Shown here: in pieces, positions 8,405 to 19,700 of the stretch
How positions within the stretch are numbered: the first letter of the stretch is position 1
Layout: each line of letters opens with the position of its first letter
IMG/VR virus record: IMGVR_UViG_3300028886_000075
Direction: 5' to 3' (one strand)
From: a virus
Taxonomy: Duplodnaviria > Heunggongvirae > Uroviricota > Caudoviricetes
DNA: 64,000 nucleotides
Program-made: the position numbers and the translations under genes
The notes under the pieces: model-generated
Told to the model about the DNA's origin: nothing
Database searches by the model: none
The model's input: the letters and a program-made list of their open reading frames with translations, nothing else

Positions 8405-10498
8405 ATGAGTGAACAAATTATTACTATGGCAATGATCGCCGGTTTTGTATTACTTGGCATTATTACAATTTGGGTAGTTCTTTCTAGATACCGTCGTTCT
8501 GCGCCTGATGAACTTTTGGTTGTATTCGGTAAATCTGGAAAGATTAAGGTTACCGACGAAAATGGTAAGGAACAAACAATTGTAGTTCCGTCTAAGATTA
8601 TTCAAGGTGGTGGTGCTTTTGTTTGGCCAATCATTCAAGATTACAAAAAGATGTCAATGGCACCTATTCAGATTAAGGTTACTGTTGATGGTATTGATTC
8701 TCAAGCTATTCCAATGCACTTGCCTGTTGTATTGACAACTGCTATTAGTAGGGATAAGGAAATTCAACAGAATGCTGCAACACGTTTCTTGAGTGCTAAG
8801 CCTGAGGAAATTCAGAAGCAAGTATCTGAAATTCTTGTTGGTGAAACACGTGCTATTATGGCAACAATGCTTATTGAGGAAATTAATGCTGAACGTGATA
8901 AGTTCTTGAATAAGGTTCGTGGTTCTCTTGAACAGGAGTTGGCTAAGGTCGGTTATGATGTTACTAATATTAACATTTCAGAAATTACTGATGATGCCAA
9001 TTATATTAAGAACTTAGGACAGAAGGCTGCTACAAAGGCACAAGCTAATGCTGAGGCTGATATTGCTGAACAGAGAAAACAAGGTAATGTAAAGATTGCT
9101 AATACTAAAAAGGAAGAGGAAATTCAGGTTGCTGCTGCAACTAAGGAGCAGGAAGTAACTGTTAACCAGACACGACAGGAGCAGGAAGTACAAGTTGCTG
9201 AGATTCAACGAGATAAGGAAATTAAACTTGCTGAGGCTGCTAAGGAACGTGAGTCAGGTATTGCTACTCAGGAAGCAGAGAAGGTTGCTAATATTGCTGA
9301 AGCTCAGGCTGATGCTGAATCTAAGAAAGCTGAAGCTATGGCAAAACAGGTAGCTAATGTATCTAATGCTGAGGCTGATGCTGAATCTAAGAAAGCTGAA
9401 GCTGATGCTCGTAAGGTTGCTGCTGTTGCTGCAAGAATGGCTGAAGCTGAGTCTGCTAAAGCAAAATCTGAATCTGAACAGAAGAAAGCTGTTGCTACTG
9501 CTGAGGCTGATGCTGAGGCTACTGAAAATGAACAGGAAGCAAAGAAGCAAACTCGTATTGCACAAGCTAATCAGTTAAAGGAAGCAGAAATTATCAAGGC
9601 TACACAGGAAAAGGAATCTAGGGCTGCTGAATATGAATCTCAAAAGAGACAAAAGAAAGCAGAACAGGACAAGAAGGCAGGTGTTGCTGAACAAATGGCA
9701 AAGATTGAGGTAGCTCAAGCTGCTGCTAAAGCAGGACAGGCAGAAGCTGATTCTATTAAAGTTTCTGAATCTGCTAAGGTTGAGGCTGAGATGTCTGTTG
9801 AAAAGATTCGTCAAGATCGTCAAATGGAAGTTAACAAGGCTGCTGCTAAGGCTGCTGAAGAAAAGTTAAATGCTACTGAGATTATTCCTGCACAGAAAGC
9901 TAAAGAGAAGGCAGTTATTGAAGCTGAAGCTGTGAAAATGAAGGCAGAACTTGAGGCTGAAGCTATTAAGGCAAAGATTTTACGTGAAGCTGAGGCTGAT
10001 GCCGAAAAGATTCGTTTGGCTAAGAATGCTGAGGCTGAAGGTACAAGAAATATTTTGATGGCTGAGGCTGAAGGTAAGAAGGCTTCATTGCTTGCTGAAG
10101 CTGAGGCTGAACAACAGAAAGCATTAGCTCCTGCTATGGCTCTTGAACGAATGGTTGCTGCTGTTGGTGGAAATCCTGATCTTGTTGTACAGTATAAGAT
10201 GGTTGATCAATATAAGGGTATTGCTGAGGCTCAGGCTAAGGTACTTGAACACATTCAGATGGGTAATGTTACCGTTTACGGTGATAAGAACACTGGTGCT
10301 GACTTCGCTAAGAGCTTCGTACAGAACTTTGCACCTGCTCTTGATATGATTAACAATGGAGTTAAGGGACAATTCTCTGAATTGTTTGGTAAGAAGAAGG
10401 ATGAACTTCCACAACCTGAACAACAGATTAATGAGGATAAGAAACCAAAGAGAAATTCTAAAAAGACAGATGATACTGCCTTCGATGAGGTAAAGTAA
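8405..10498 (+). CDS. SPFH/band-7 (flotillin/YqiK-like) membrane protein with long Ala/Glu/Lys coiled-coil
   Basis: N-terminal TM segment, then SAPDELLVVFGKSGK...IIQGGGAFVWPIIQDYKKMSMAPIQI, which is typical of flotillin-like SPFH proteins. About 450 aa of AEADAESKKAEA-type heptad repeats. Host-optimal codons. Confidence 0.75.
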   Translation: MSEQIITMAMIAGFVLLGIITIWVVLSRYRRSAPDELLVVFGKSGKIKVTDENGKEQTIVVPSKIIQGGGAFVWPIIQDYKKMSMAPIQIKVTVDGIDSQAIPMHLPVVLTTAISRDKEIQQNAATRFLSAKPEEIQKQVSEILVGETRAIMATMLIEEINAERDKFLNKVRGSLEQELAKVGYDVTNINISEITDDANYIKNLGQKAATKAQANAEADIAEQRKQGNVKIANTKKEEEIQVAAATKEQEVTVNQTRQEQEVQVAEIQRDKEIKLAEAAKERESGIATQEAEKVANIAEAQADAESKKAEAMAKQVANVSNAEADAESKKAEADARKVAAVAARMAEAESAKAKSESEQKKAVATAEADAEATENEQEAKKQTRIAQANQLKEAEIIKATQEKESRAAEYESQKRQKKAEQDKKAGVAEQMAKIEVAQAAAKAGQAEADSIKVSESAKVEAEMSVEKIRQDRQMEVNKAAAKAAEEKLNATEIIPAQKAKEKAVIEAEAVKMKAELEAEAIKAKILREAEADAEKIRLAKNAEAEGTRNILMAEAEGKKASLLAEAEAEQQKALAPAMALERMVAAVGGNPDLVVQYKMVDQYKGIAEAQAKVLEHIQMGNVTVYGDKNTGADFAKSFVQNFAPALDMINNGVKGQFSELFGKKKDELPQPEQQINEDKKPKRNSKKTDDTAFDEVK

Positions 10499-10519
10499 AA
10501 TTTACCTAACAATATATAT

Positions 10520-10556
10520 GAAAGGTTACTGATTAATTTCAGTAACCTTTTTGTTG
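10520..10556 (+). terminator. rho-independent terminator (aaaggttactg...cagtaaccttttt)
   Basis: 11-bp stem followed by a T-run, directly after the SPFH gene. Confidence 0.7.
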
Positions 10557-10632
10557 TATATTTACATCCTTATAAATTATTTTATTATTTTTATTAAATA
10601 ATATTATAACAAAAATAATTCAATAAATTAAT

Positions 10633-11265
10633 ATGAATTACGAAGGTAAATTTGGAACAGTAGATCCTCAAGAAAAGGGTAATGCTTTAGATGATTTATT
10701 TCTAAAAAGTGAAGCTCCTGATTTACAAGATACAGATGAGGCTTTAGAAACTCCATTATTGATAATTGATATGGAGGATGTAGATAAAAGAACTTTAGAT
10801 AGAGCTACATTAATTATTGATAAATTAGCAGCGTATTATTTTGATCAAAGATATATTGATAATCATCCTTATATTAAATCAAAGATAACTCAAGAAGTTG
10901 ATAATATTCGTCGTCTTCTTAAGATGTTAATGATTAATGAAAAGGCACAAGATACATTAATATTATCTATAACATCAAATTCTGGTAGAGGAACATTATA
11001 TACATCATTAACATCTTTACAGAATTCTATGTTATCGATGCAGTCACAATTAAATTCTTTAACATCAAACCTCGAAAATATATTTAAAGAAATGCAAGAT
11101 AATTGTGATAAGACATTCCAAGAAAAGGATAAAGAAGAATCAGATGATGGTTCTATGGTTGTTCGTGGTTCTCGTGATTTCATTAAAGAAATTGAAAGAT
11201 CTTTAAATAATAAATCTACACAAGAAACAAAAGAAGAATCTCAAGAAAACATAATAGCCCAATAA
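10633..11265 (+). CDS. hypothetical protein
   Basis: 210-aa ORF. Confidence 0.55.
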   Translation: MNYEGKFGTVDPQEKGNALDDLFLKSEAPDLQDTDEALETPLLIIDMEDVDKRTLDRATLIIDKLAAYYFDQRYIDNHPYIKSKITQEVDNIRRLLKMLMINEKAQDTLILSITSNSGRGTLYTSLTSLQNSMLSMQSQLNSLTSNLENIFKEMQDNCDKTFQEKDKEESDDGSMVVRGSRDFIKEIERSLNNKSTQETKEESQENIIAQ

Positions 11266-11325
11266 GAAATTATTATACTATTTAAATTTTATTTTTATAT
11301 ATAACTAATATATAAATTAATTAAT

Positions 11326-13524
11326 ATGTCTAGAAGTTTTACAGATAATAATGTAACATTTAATAATATTAGTGCTAGTACTAATACTGGAGGAACTAAA
11401 ATAAGTTCAGGTGATTATATATATGATGAAGAAGGTAATATCATTGAAAATAATCCAGTTATTAATAGTATTGATATTGATTGGAATAGTGCAGTAGTTC
11501 CAGGTTTAGAAAATCCTATTAATTCAACAGGTCAATTATTAAATATTGTTGGAACTATATATTCAGATTTAGAAGAATCACAATCTAATTTAAATAATTT
11601 ATCTGAATCTCAAAGTGAGTTATCTACTTTAGTTACTGAAAATAATGCAACATATACAGATTTATTTAATGAAATTAAACAACAAATTCAACAAATTATA
11701 GATGGACAAACTCAAATTGGTGGTTCAGGAAATCATGAATTATTAACACTTGCTGAATATGAAGCATTAATTGAAAAGGACCCCGATACAATATATTTTA
11801 TTGTTGATGATGATTCTGAAGAAGGTGAGGAAGAATTTGTAGAACCTGTTTCAACACAACTTTATGTTAATGGTGTTTTACATACTGAATCAAATGTTGT
11901 ATTACAACCAGGTCAAGTATATACATTAGAAGGTGATGTTGTCGGTACTTTAATAATTGATACTACATCAGTAGAAAACACAAACACTTTAGAAAACACT
12001 GAACTTAGACTTCATAATGTTAGAATTATAAGTTCTGAAGATTTCGGTATTAAATATTTAACACCTGTAGAAAACAAAGGTTATAAAGATTTAGTAATTA
12101 CACTTGAAAAGAATACAAAAAACTATATAGTATGTACTCAAACAACTGGTGCTGGTGAAGATGAACCTGGTGCAGTATATTCAATGAATAATTTAACTAT
12201 ACAAGGTGCAGGTTATTTAGCAGTACATAATACCGCAGGACATGGTATTAGAGCAACAGAAGTTAAGTTATTGGCTCCACATATTTATGCAGATGTTAGT
12301 CATGATGCAATACATGGTAAGAAAATTTGGATATGTGGTGGTACATATTATGTTGAAAACGCAAATGATGCATTTGGAACAGGAATTGGTGGTACAATTA
12401 AATATGCATACGGTAAATTATATGCACGTACATTGAGAGGTAAAACATTTAATGCTAAATCAGGATTAGATGAAAATGAAGTACAAAAAACAGGTGCATT
12501 AATTAATATTGAAGATTTTGACATTGAATCTTTAGGAACATATTCTAGAACAGAATCAGTTAATATCGCTGATTATTATACAACTGGTAATGTTAAAGAA
12601 TATACATCTGCTAATGGAGCAAAATTAATGACGGGTGGTACTGCAGTTGAAGAAACTACTGAAATGTATATTATATCTCAGCAATTTGTTGTAGTAAGCG
12701 GTAAAATAACAAAACCTATTAATATTCCATCAACATTAACTGATGTAACAATATATCTTAATGATGCAGCAATTATAACTAATTGTATTACGGTTAATGA
12801 AAACCAAGTTAATGAACCATGTATTTCATACGATAGTTCAAAATCTAATGTAAAGATTTTCGGTTTTAATGATACATATAATGTAATTATTAATAATTGT
12901 CCTGAAGTACAAAACGGTTATGATTGTGATGCAATTAAATCAGAACATAATATTAAATTTGAAATTAAAAATGATTCATACATTTATGTAACATCAAAAT
13001 CTGGTGATGGTATAGATGGTACTGATGTTGAAATAACTGATTCAAAGGGTGTTTTAATGATACATAACTGTGGTGAACGTGCAATTAAAGGTACTACTAT
13101 TATAATAGGTCCTGCAGGTAATACATTAGGTACAGATATTACTTTAATAACTACTCCTACAGATCCTGAATATAAAACTTTTGATGGTGTAGTTATTGCA
13201 TATGGGAATAGTTTAATTTATGGAAATAAAGAAATTGAATTGTCTTCAAATAAAATTGCTGTAGGCACTGGTTATGCAGATATATTTGCAAGAAAAGGTA
13301 AAGCTATCGATAAAGGTACATTTATTACTTCTGCAAATGAACTTAAAGGTTTACTTATATGTGGTTCAATAGGTGCTACTATTGCAATTAATATGGATAA
13401 CTCTGCAAATATTTATTATAATAATTTGGTTATATTAGATAATGTTACACTTTCAAATATTTCCAATGCTACTGATGAAACATATGTAGCATACCCATAT
13501 AAAAACAGTCCAATTTCTGCATAA
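11326..13524 (+). CDS. tail fibre / receptor-binding protein with a parallel beta-helix (pectate-lyase-like) domain
   Basis: N-terminal coiled region with the fibre motif HELLTLAEYEALIEKDPDTIYFI. The central part is Gly/Asn/Thr-rich with beta-helix-like repeats (HNTAGHGIRA..., GGTYYVENANDAFGTGIGG). It sits in the structural module. Confidence 0.5.
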   Translation: MSRSFTDNNVTFNNISASTNTGGTKISSGDYIYDEEGNIIENNPVINSIDIDWNSAVVPGLENPINSTGQLLNIVGTIYSDLEESQSNLNNLSESQSELSTLVTENNATYTDLFNEIKQQIQQIIDGQTQIGGSGNHELLTLAEYEALIEKDPDTIYFIVDDDSEEGEEEFVEPVSTQLYVNGVLHTESNVVLQPGQVYTLEGDVVGTLIIDTTSVENTNTLENTELRLHNVRIISSEDFGIKYLTPVENKGYKDLVITLEKNTKNYIVCTQTTGAGEDEPGAVYSMNNLTIQGAGYLAVHNTAGHGIRATEVKLLAPHIYADVSHDAIHGKKIWICGGTYYVENANDAFGTGIGGTIKYAYGKLYARTLRGKTFNAKSGLDENEVQKTGALINIEDFDIESLGTYSRTESVNIADYYTTGNVKEYTSANGAKLMTGGTAVEETTEMYIISQQFVVVSGKITKPINIPSTLTDVTIYLNDAAIITNCITVNENQVNEPCISYDSSKSNVKIFGFNDTYNVIINNCPEVQNGYDCDAIKSEHNIKFEIKNDSYIYVTSKSGDGIDGTDVEITDSKGVLMIHNCGERAIKGTTIIIGPAGNTLGTDITLITTPTDPEYKTFDGVVIAYGNSLIYGNKEIELSSNKIAVGTGYADIFARKGKAIDKGTFITSANELKGLLICGSIGATIAINMDNSANIYYNNLVILDNVTLSNISNATDETYVAYPYKNSPISA

Positions 13525-13709
13525 TGATTAGATTTAAAAATAAAGAAGCAATTAGTGTATACTTTAAAGGACGAACTATTATACAAATTTATCATAAGAA
13601 TAAATTAGTTTGGCCTGATGTAGATGGTAATTTAGCATGTTTTAATAATTCATTAAATAGCTGGAATGATGATTTACCATGGTTAGATGATATACCATGG
13701 ATTGATTAA
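13524..13709 (+). CDS. small protein downstream of the fibre gene (possible fibre chaperone)
   Basis: TAATG overlap with the fibre gene. 61 aa. Confidence 0.4.
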   Translation: MIRFKNKEAISVYFKGRTIIQIYHKNKLVWPDVDGNLACFNNSLNSWNDDLPWLDDIPWID

Positions 13710-13751
13710 TAATATATAACGATAATAATAAAAAATCTAACATAAATTATA

Positions 13752-16700
13752 ATGGCAAAAAAACAAGAAACTTATAATGGTAATATTACTGAGTTTATTG
13801 ACTGGGTTAATGGTGTAGATTCAATAACTGGACGTAATAAAACAAATAATTTACAAGTATCTGGAGGAGCTATTAGAAAACTTATTCAGAATCATTTAAA
13901 AAATCCTATAACCATGATTGAAGATAAAGAAAATGGTTTATATAGAATATTCTCAAGTGAAGCTGCATATAAAGCTTGGGAAAGTGATCCGGATACATAT
14001 TCAAATTTAGAATTGTTTAATTTTGTTAGACCAAGTGATTATACAATTGAAACTAATTTGAATATTGATAATAGATATCTTATTTCAGGTTTGCATGATC
14101 AATCAATTACAAAATTAGTATATGATTGGGTTGTACAAAATGATAAAGGTACTTTTGAAGACAATATTGTTGCAACATATACAATAACCACAGCTGCAGG
14201 AGCAGTTACTAAATTCTCACAAAACTATGATACTTCTAGTAAACATGTTGAATTAGATGTTTATGATTACTTAGATGTTGGTCAGACTTCAGTAAGAATT
14301 GATTTACGTGCAGTATCAACAGGTGCTACTCGTAACTATACAATATATATTACTCAACTTATATTAGAATTAGAATCTGATTTTCCATATTATAGTGAAC
14401 ATACTCCTGGTGTTGCTATTACATATTCGTGGAATTTAAAAAGAAATAATGCAGATAATGCATCATCATTATATGTATATGTAGATGGTATTGAAGTAAA
14501 CAAACAAGATATACAATTAGGATCTGCTAATGTAAGTGGTACAGTTACTATATTAACAGATAATTTAGCTGGTAGTTTTATACCACCATTAAATGATGTT
14601 ACATCTGACGGTAGAGTTTCTCATGTATTACAGATGTGTGTAAAAACAAAATATAATAACTTTGATTTTACAAGTAACATTCTATATTATACATTTGAAA
14701 TTAAATCATCAGATAGTGGTATTAAAAACTACTTTATAAATAATTTCTTTAATTTCTCTGCAGGTACAAAGATATTCCCAATATCTTTTGAAGGATTATA
14801 TTTATCTGCTACACAATATATGCCAGTTAGTATGAATTGGGCATATTATACTGATATGTTAGCATCAGAAAATACTGTACAAATTAATTGGAAATTATAT
14901 GAAAATGATGAAGGAACAGATCTTGCTACAATGGAAGCTTCTAAAGGATATAAACCTGACCCATTAGAATTCATACCTGCTACATATTCTAAAGAAGTAG
15001 AATTTAGTCCTGCAACAGCAACAATTAAATTAGTTGGTGAATATACATCTCAAGATGGACAAACTCGCAAATTATGTTCTATACCTATGTATATTGCAAA
15101 ATCTGCATTAAATATGGTTGAAACATCTGGTTATGATTATAAATTATCTGCTTATGGTAGATCAAATGCTAGTCAAACTAAATCAATATGGAATGGAGAA
15201 AAGGCAGTTTCTAATTTAGATAATATTACAACAAAATTTACAAATATTAAATGGGATGATAATTCAGGATGGTTTGAACATTCTTTTAGAACATCTGGAG
15301 ATAATTCATATTGTGAAATATCATATAACCCATTTAAAGGTAACCCTTCAGCTGGTCGTACAATTGAAGTTGAATTTGAATCTGAAAAAATATCTGACCC
15401 ATCAGATATATTGATAACAATTGGTGTACCTTATGATCCTGCAGATCCTGAACATACAAGAGGTCCTCGTATTGAAATTGGTGCTAATAAGGCAACATTA
15501 TATGATAAGGCAGGTAATGATTGTATACATACAAACTATAAAGCAAATGAAAGAGTAAAAATTGCATTTATAATTAATCCTGAAAATAATACTTCAGATT
15601 CAGGTTTGATTTATATTGTTTCTGATGGTGTTTTGGAACGTGGTGCTATGGCTGCAGGTCATGACTTTACAACACAAAACGGTAAAATTATAATCGGTAA
15701 ATCTGCATCAGGTGTTAAATTCTATAACTTCCGTACATATTTACGTAATATTGGTTATAGTGATGAATACAATAATTTTATTTATGATAATGACGAAAAA
15801 TTAAAATTAATCAATAATAATGCAGTTGTAGATAGTAGTACACAACAAATTGATTATCAATTATGTTGTAGAAAACTTGATACAATATTAATTTCAGGTA
15901 ACCTTTCACAAATTCTTAAAGGTGAAACTGGTAAAGAAGAATCAGAAATAGATGTAACAATTGAACGTTTCTGTCCATTTGATACAACAAAAAACTTTAA
16001 AGTTGAAGGATGTAGAATTAGAAAACATGGTCAATCAACATTGAACTATCCTATCACATCAATGAAATTCTGGTTAAATAAATCAGTTAACCCTGAAAAA
16101 ACTCCTAAATTTACTTGTGAAGGACAAGCATATCTTGGTTTAAATAAAAACCGTTATAAGATGAAAGACAATTCTGTTCCAAGTAATAAGTTTATTCTTC
16201 AAGCTAACTACGCTGATTCATCAGGTGTACATAACGGAAGTATACTTCGTGCAATTAATGATAGTTGGTTTAATGCAGATATAAATGGAGAATTTAAATT
16301 AAGAACAGAACCACAGTTATTCTCAACAAATCAAACTGCTACATTAAATGATGGAACAGTAATGGGTAAAAATTCAGAAGGTCAAAACTGGGATGATTGT
16401 ACAAAGAATCCATCTACAGGTCAAACATATACATTCCCATATCAAATAAGAAATGCTCCTGATTCATTCCCTTGTGTAGTATTCTATAAAGATACAGAAG
16501 GTACAAATAAGACAACATTCTTAGGCCAGTATGTATTTATGGAAGACAAGAAATCTGATTTTACATTTGGTGAAAGATCTATTTATAAAGCAGATCCTAA
16601 AGATCCATTCTGTATGTATACTGAAAATAAAGATTATGATACAGATGATAATAAGATTTGGGATAACGATAATGTATTAAGAATTGAAGTACTTAATATT

Positions 16701-19700
16701 AATACATTCTTCACATCTTATATGAGTGATCATGATGAAAATAACATAAGTTTTGATGCTAGAATTCCTCAATCACAAGGTTTAGATATATATCGTTGGG
16801 AACAAGATTTCGAAGTTATATATCCTGACCCAGATGATTTAGCTGGTAAAGTTGAAAAAGGAACAGATAAATGGGGTACAAATTCTAAATTTAAGAGAAC
16901 AACAGATCCATTTGTTAATTGGTTTAAATGGTTAGTAAGTACTTATAATAATCATGAAAAATTCCGTACTGAAGCACCTGCACATTTAGATTTATATAAG
17001 ATGGCAGCATATTATATAACAATGCTTCGTCTTGGTCTTGTTGACTCTGGTGAACGTAACGTTCAAATTAAGACATATGATGGTGTTCACTTCCATTATG
17101 AACCTTGGGATATGGATATTGCGTTAGGTAATAAGAACACTGGTGGTATTGCATATGATCCTCCAATTAATCGTAATACTAAATTAGGTGCAGAAGAATG
17201 GGCTATATCTGGTAAATCTACAGTAACATCTAACTGGTTATGGGATGCATTAGAAGCGTGGCCATTATTTATGAATACAATTGTTCCTACAACTGCGGAA
17301 GCATTATCAAAGGCAGGATTCAATTATAATTCATTAACAAAAATGTTTGATGAAGAATATTCTGGTAGATGGTGTGAAATAATATATAATGAATCTGGTC
17401 ACTATAAATATATTGAAAATGGTGGTAGTGAACGTCAATACCTTGATTGGTTACAAGGTTCTCGTATTAATCACAGACACTGGTGGTTATCTACATCAAT
17501 GGACTATTATGATGCAAGATGGACTTGTGGAGATTTCAAATCTCACTTTATATATATTGCTGCAGGTCACACACAAACAACTGCAGGTACAGATATTATT
17601 ACAGTAACTCCATCTAATCCAACATTCTTAACATTAACACAAAATGATGGTGAAGTAAATACAGATATTGAAGTTAGTCAAGAAGGTGATTCAACGGGAG
17701 ATAATACTGAACAAGTAGTTGTTGCTAAAGAATGTTCTAGAACAAATCCTGCAACATTTGATATTTCAACTTTATCATTCTCAAATAAAGTACCTACAAA
17801 GATTTTGGGTGCAACTTATATTGAAACATTAGATATAGCTTGTCTTGCTAATCGTATCGACCTTTTGGATATTAAAGGTGCATATTCTGAAGTAAATGGC
17901 GCTTCTATTAAAACAATTAATGTTGGTAATACTATAACAAAAGATCCTGATTATAATGATAATTATCACTATATCGGTGGTGTTAATACAACATATAATT
18001 TACGTTTACAAGTAAGCCCACAAAATGATAACCTTGAAAACTTAAATACACTTAATATTAGAGGTCAATTAGGTAAACGTGGTTCTAACCCATCAGTTAA
18101 CCCTAACTCATTATTCCGTGGTGGTAATGAAAAGACTGGTCGTCCACAGATTAAGAACTTATATGCTATGGGTGCTCATTTTAACTATTTCCAAAGTTCT
18201 AAATCTGGTAATGATTTTGAAAATCTTGAATTACCTGCAATAAACTATGATGGTGTTAAAGATGCATATGAAAATCTTTTACCACTTTCTACTATGGGTA
18301 GTATTGAAATGCATAACAGTTCTTGGCAAAACATATCATTCTGGAATGGTGTAGTTGACCCTGTAACTAATAAGATTAAATATGAAAGATATAATATTAA
18401 TGGTAATTATGATTATTATGTACCTACATCTATATCATCAATAACATTTACAGGTAGTACAGCAAACTCTGCAAAAGCTAAAGATTTTATATTTAATTGG
18501 ATTAATGGTATTATTTATGAAACAACATTAGCACATGAAGGAGAAACTGAAGAACAAATACAAGCCGCTGTCGATGCTGCACTTGCAGAAAAAACATTAA
18601 TACTTAAGGATGTTAATTGGCAGAAAGAAACATGTGGTAATGATTTTGCTTTATCATATGATGACTTAATATTATTATCTAAACTTAATAATGGTGAAAA
18701 TAATAATGGTGGTACAACATATAAAGGTTATGTTATATTAACTGGTGGTGCAAAACTCACTCCAATTGAATTAACAAGATTACAAATATTATTTGGTGAA
18801 TCTGCATTTGAACGTACTGGTTCTGGTTTAATTATTGACCAAGAAAATGAAGATGTTCAAATTAATCTTGCTGGAGATGCATACATTGGAGATAATGGAG
18901 AATTCTATTTAAGAGAAGTACCAACTAATGCAACCAATAAAGGTAAAGGTGGTATTGCTGTACTTAATGCTACTAAGTTCAGATTACAAGAAATAACCAA
19001 TACTGATTATAACTGGTATGTTAAATCAGAATTTGGTTCTGATGATCCAACAAGTTCATATAAATCATGTAGAATATCTGTAGGACAAGATGGTAGAACA
19101 TATTTGACAGCATCTGAAAGTCAATATGGAAATTATCGTGTTAATGTAGGTGTTACTATTGGGCAAGAACAAAAATGGATAGTAATTAATATTATTGGAA
19201 CAACATATCCTGATAGTTTTGAAATTAATGCTAATCCAATTAATGGTCAATATCTTTATAATGTAGATGAAGGTTATATCTTTGGTAGTGGTTCTTCATC
19301 ATCTGAATTCTATATCACACCTAATAAAGAATATGATGGTACTATATATGATGTAGTTTGGACATTAAAACGTGATGCCGATAATGTAACTCTTATTAAT
19401 AAAGAATCATATAAGATTTATGAGCAAACTCGTTCATTAGAAGAAGTTATGTTAGCAGAAGCTGATTCTTATTTAAAGAAATGCTATAATGTTAATGGTA
19501 CTGTATCTAATCCATTAGATTCACCTTATGGAATAATGTTAAAGGCAATTAATTCACCTGTTACATCAGATATGTATTACTATACATTAATTGTAGATAT
19601 TATTTATGTATCTGGTAAAACAATTTCTACATCAAAGAAAATTATCATAATGGATGATCAACAACCAATTATGACAAATGGTACATTGTTATATCAATTA

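Noticed and set aside
9014-9823. Minus-strand and alternative-frame ORFs (9014-9208, 9254-9565, 9357-9578, 9575-9823, 10124-10512) inside the SPFH gene
   Set aside because: These are artefacts of the GCT/GAA-rich coiled-coil coding repeats. Their translations are low-complexity Leu/Ser-rich and they lie antisense to a strongly supported gene.
12242-12436. Internal alternative-frame plus-strand ORFs (12242-12436, 17389-17607, 38269-38481, 59376-59579, 61957-62157) and minus-strand ORFs inside large genes (17096-17323, 19065-19250, 25538-25813, 27122-27343, 49092-49724, 50394-50726, 60354-60593, 61211-61915)
   Set aside because: Each is fully nested within a well-supported longer gene in another frame or strand. 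They are short and show no supporting start context or conservation signal.
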